Below are positions 23,555 to 25,289 of a DNA stretch of 25,289 nt, in pieces (within the stretch, counting starts at the first letter, position 1; the number at the start of each line of letters is the position of its first letter). This DNA is from Steroidobacteraceae bacterium (GTDB taxonomy: Bacteria; Pseudomonadota; Gammaproteobacteria; Steroidobacterales; Steroidobacteraceae): positions 1 to 25,289 of the forward strand of contig DATHZW010000293.1 of assembly GCA_035458405.1 (NCBI GenBank). The letters are read 5' to 3'. The position numbers and the translations under genes are program-made. The notes beneath the pieces are model-generated. The model was not told where the DNA came from and made no database searches. It saw nothing but the letters and a program-made list of their open reading frames with translations.

Positions 23555-24136
23555 ATGAACCTGCCCGACGCCGAGGTCGACTACCTCCCCGGCGTGTTCG
23601 AACCGTCGCTGGCCGATGAGCTCTTCCGGACCCTGCGGCAGGACGTCGCCTGGCAGCAGGAGGAAATCCTCATGTTCGGGCAACGCCGGCGCGTGCCCCG
23701 CCTCGTCGCCTGGTACGGCGACCCGGGCGCGGAATACAGCTACTCCGGCGTCCTTCACCAGCCCAGGCCGTGGATACCGGCCCTGCAGCGCATCCGCGGG
23801 ACCGTGGAGGAACTCGCCGGCCAGCGCTTCAACTCCGTGCTGCTGAACCTGTACCGCGACGGACGCGACGGCATGGGCTGGCATTCCGACGACGAGCCCG
23901 AGCTGGGGCCCGACCCGGTCATCGCTTCCGTGTCGCTGGGCGCCACGCGCCACTTCCGCATGCGCCACAAGAAGCAAAGGGGCGAGACCATGGGCATCGA
24001 CCTGGAGCACGGCAGCGTGCTGCTGATGCGGGGCCCCACGCAGCATCACTGGCTGCACGCCGTGCCCAAGACGACCCGGCCGGCCGGCGAACGCATCAAC
24101 CTGACCTTTCGCCTGGTATCGCCGGCCAGCGGCTGA
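23555..24136 (+). CDS. AlkB-family (ALKBH2/3-like) Fe(II)/2-oxoglutarate dioxygenase
   Basis: 193 aa from MNLPDAEV. PRLVAWYGD, YSYSG, FNSVLLNLYRDGRDGMGWHSDDE (HxD), HAVPK (His), RINLTFR. Confidence 0.93.
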   Translation: MNLPDAEVDYLPGVFEPSLADELFRTLRQDVAWQQEEILMFGQRRRVPRLVAWYGDPGAEYSYSGVLHQPRPWIPALQRIRGTVEELAGQRFNSVLLNLYRDGRDGMGWHSDDEPELGPDPVIASVSLGATRHFRMRHKKQRGETMGIDLEHGSVLLMRGPTQHHWLHAVPKTTRPAGERINLTFRLVSPASG

Positions 24137-24173
24137 TCGCGCCGCGGCCCGGTGAAGGGACCCTCCGCCGCGA

Positions 24174-25121
24174 TCAGCCGGCGCCGCGACGCAGCGCGGT
24201 CATCTCGGCGACGATCGAGACGGCGATTTCCGCGGGCGTCTTCGCGCCGATGTCCAGCCCGACAGGGCCGCGCAGCCGCTCGACCTGCGCGGCGCCCAGG
24301 TCGAAGCCGAGCAGCCGCTCCCGGCGCGCCGCGTTGCTCCGCCTGGAGCCGAGCGCACCGACGTAGAAAGCCGGCGTCTTCAGCGCTTCCAGCAAGGCCA
24401 GGTCGTCGAGCTTGGGATCGTGCGTCAGCGCGACCACCGCGTCGTGCGCCCCGAGGCCCATCTCCATGACCAGGTCGTCGGGCATGCTCGTCGACAAGCT
24501 CACGCCGTCGAGATGCCGCCAGCCCTCGTGGTATTCGGGCCGCGGGTCGCAGACGACGACCTCGTAGTCGAGCATCGCCGCCATGGAGGCGGCGTAGCGG
24601 GGCAGCTGCCCGGCGCCGATGATCAGCAGCCGGTGGCGCGGGCCGTGGACGGTTCGCAGCATGCGGCCGTCGAATTCCACCCGGTCGTCCTCGCCCGACG
24701 GCGCCAGCGTCACTTCGCCCGTCTGCAGGTCGAGCCGTCGCTCGATCCCGCGGCGCGACTCGATGGCCTCCAGCAGTTCCTGTAGCCACGGAGTCCCGGC
24801 CACCGGCTCCAGCACGACGCGGACGGTGCCGCCGCAGGGCAGGCCGAAGCGCTGCGCCTCCTCCGCTTCCGCGCCGTAGGTCGTCAGCGTCGGCCCGCCG
24901 AATGCCGGATCGCCGTGTCGCAGCCGGTAGACGAGATCGTCCTCGATGCAGCCACCGGACACCGAGCCGGCCACCTGCCCGTCGTCGCGCAGGACCATGA
25001 CCGAACCGGGCGGCCGGGGGGACGAGCCCCAGGTCCCGACCACGGTGCCGAGCGTGATGCCGTGGCCCTGCCCAAGCCACCGAAGGGCCGTGCGCAAGAC
25101 GTCCAGATCCAGGCTGTTCAT
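24174..25121 (-). CDS. xdhC: XdhC/CoxI-family molybdoenzyme maturation factor
   Basis: TWGSSPRPPG, GSVSGGCIE, FGLPCGG, IIGAGQL, VCDPR, LTHDPKLDD, YVGALGSRR, LRGPVGLDIGAKTPAEIAVSIVAE. Confidence 0.94.
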   Translation of the reverse strand: MNSLDLDVLRTALRWLGQGHGITLGTVVGTWGSSPRPPGSVMVLRDDGQVAGSVSGGCIEDDLVYRLRHGDPAFGGPTLTTYGAEAEEAQRFGLPCGGTVRVVLEPVAGTPWLQELLEAIESRRGIERRLDLQTGEVTLAPSGEDDRVEFDGRMLRTVHGPRHRLLIIGAGQLPRYAASMAAMLDYEVVVCDPRPEYHEGWRHLDGVSLSTSMPDDLVMEMGLGAHDAVVALTHDPKLDDLALLEALKTPAFYVGALGSRRSNAARRERLLGFDLGAAQVERLRGPVGLDIGAKTPAEIAVSIVAEMTALRRGAG

Positions 25122-25173
25122 GCGTGTCGTGCCTCCCTCAGGGGCGGCAAGCTAGCACCCGGTGGCAGCGATG

Positions 25174-25289
25174 TCACATCAGGAGACGCGCCGTGGGATC
25201 CCCGTGCAGTTTCACTTCGCCGCGGACGCGACGTTTCCACTCCTCGAGTTGCCGTTCCATCGCGTCGAAGGAATCGCGAATGGCGACGT
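25174..25289 (-). CDS. 3' end of an HPF/RaiA-family ribosome-associated protein (partial; 5' part outside the window)
   Basis: Not in the ORF track. Hand translation: VAIRDSFDAMERQLEEWKRRVRGEVKLHGDPTARLLM*. This matches the AIRD.FD...RQL......RG.VK.H C-terminal helix of the family. Confidence 0.7.
   Translation of the reverse strand, partial: VAIRDSFDAMERQLEEWKRRVRGEVKLHGDPTARLLM

Noticed and set aside
1-25289. CRISPR arrays, tRNA/rRNA genes, integrases or transposases
   Set aside because: None seen. The only dispersed repeat found is the two-copy 28-bp palindrome.

Overview
GC-rich (roughly 68-70% by eye, not computed) chromosomal window, probably proteobacterial. The deo genes look gammaproteobacterial, but this is inference. 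I found no rRNA, tRNA, CRISPR array, integrase or transposase. Layout from left to right: (1) partial folE, divergent from a stand-alone RelA/SpoT-type HD hydrolase and an OmpR-family two-component pair. (2) A tightly coupled minus-strand run: host-attachment/baeRF-like protein, cdd, class I HMG-CoA reductase, membrane-anchored HSL esterase, deoC, deoA, deoB, deoD and a DRG-type TGS GTPase. (3) A ~720-bp divergent intergenic region, an orphan ECF sigma factor and a small membrane protein. (4) A five-gene redox operon: NfnA-like, NfnB/GltD-like, 2-oxoacid:ferredoxin oxidoreductase alpha and beta, and a 737-aa protein. That protein appears to be a catalytically dead PFOR TPP-domain derivative carrying a C-terminal ferredoxin on an Ala/Pro/Glu linker. 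(5) A D-2-hydroxyacid dehydrogenase with an apparent signal peptide, bracketed by two copies of a 28-bp REP-like palindrome, followed by ybjQ, an AlkB-family dioxygenase, xdhC and the 3' end of an HPF/RaiA-family gene. The best candidates for undescribed systems are the Nfn-OFOR-pseudoPFOR/ferredoxin module and the deo operon carrying an HMG-CoA reductase, an esterase and a DRG GTPase. All family calls come from motif recognition by eye; no database searches were run.
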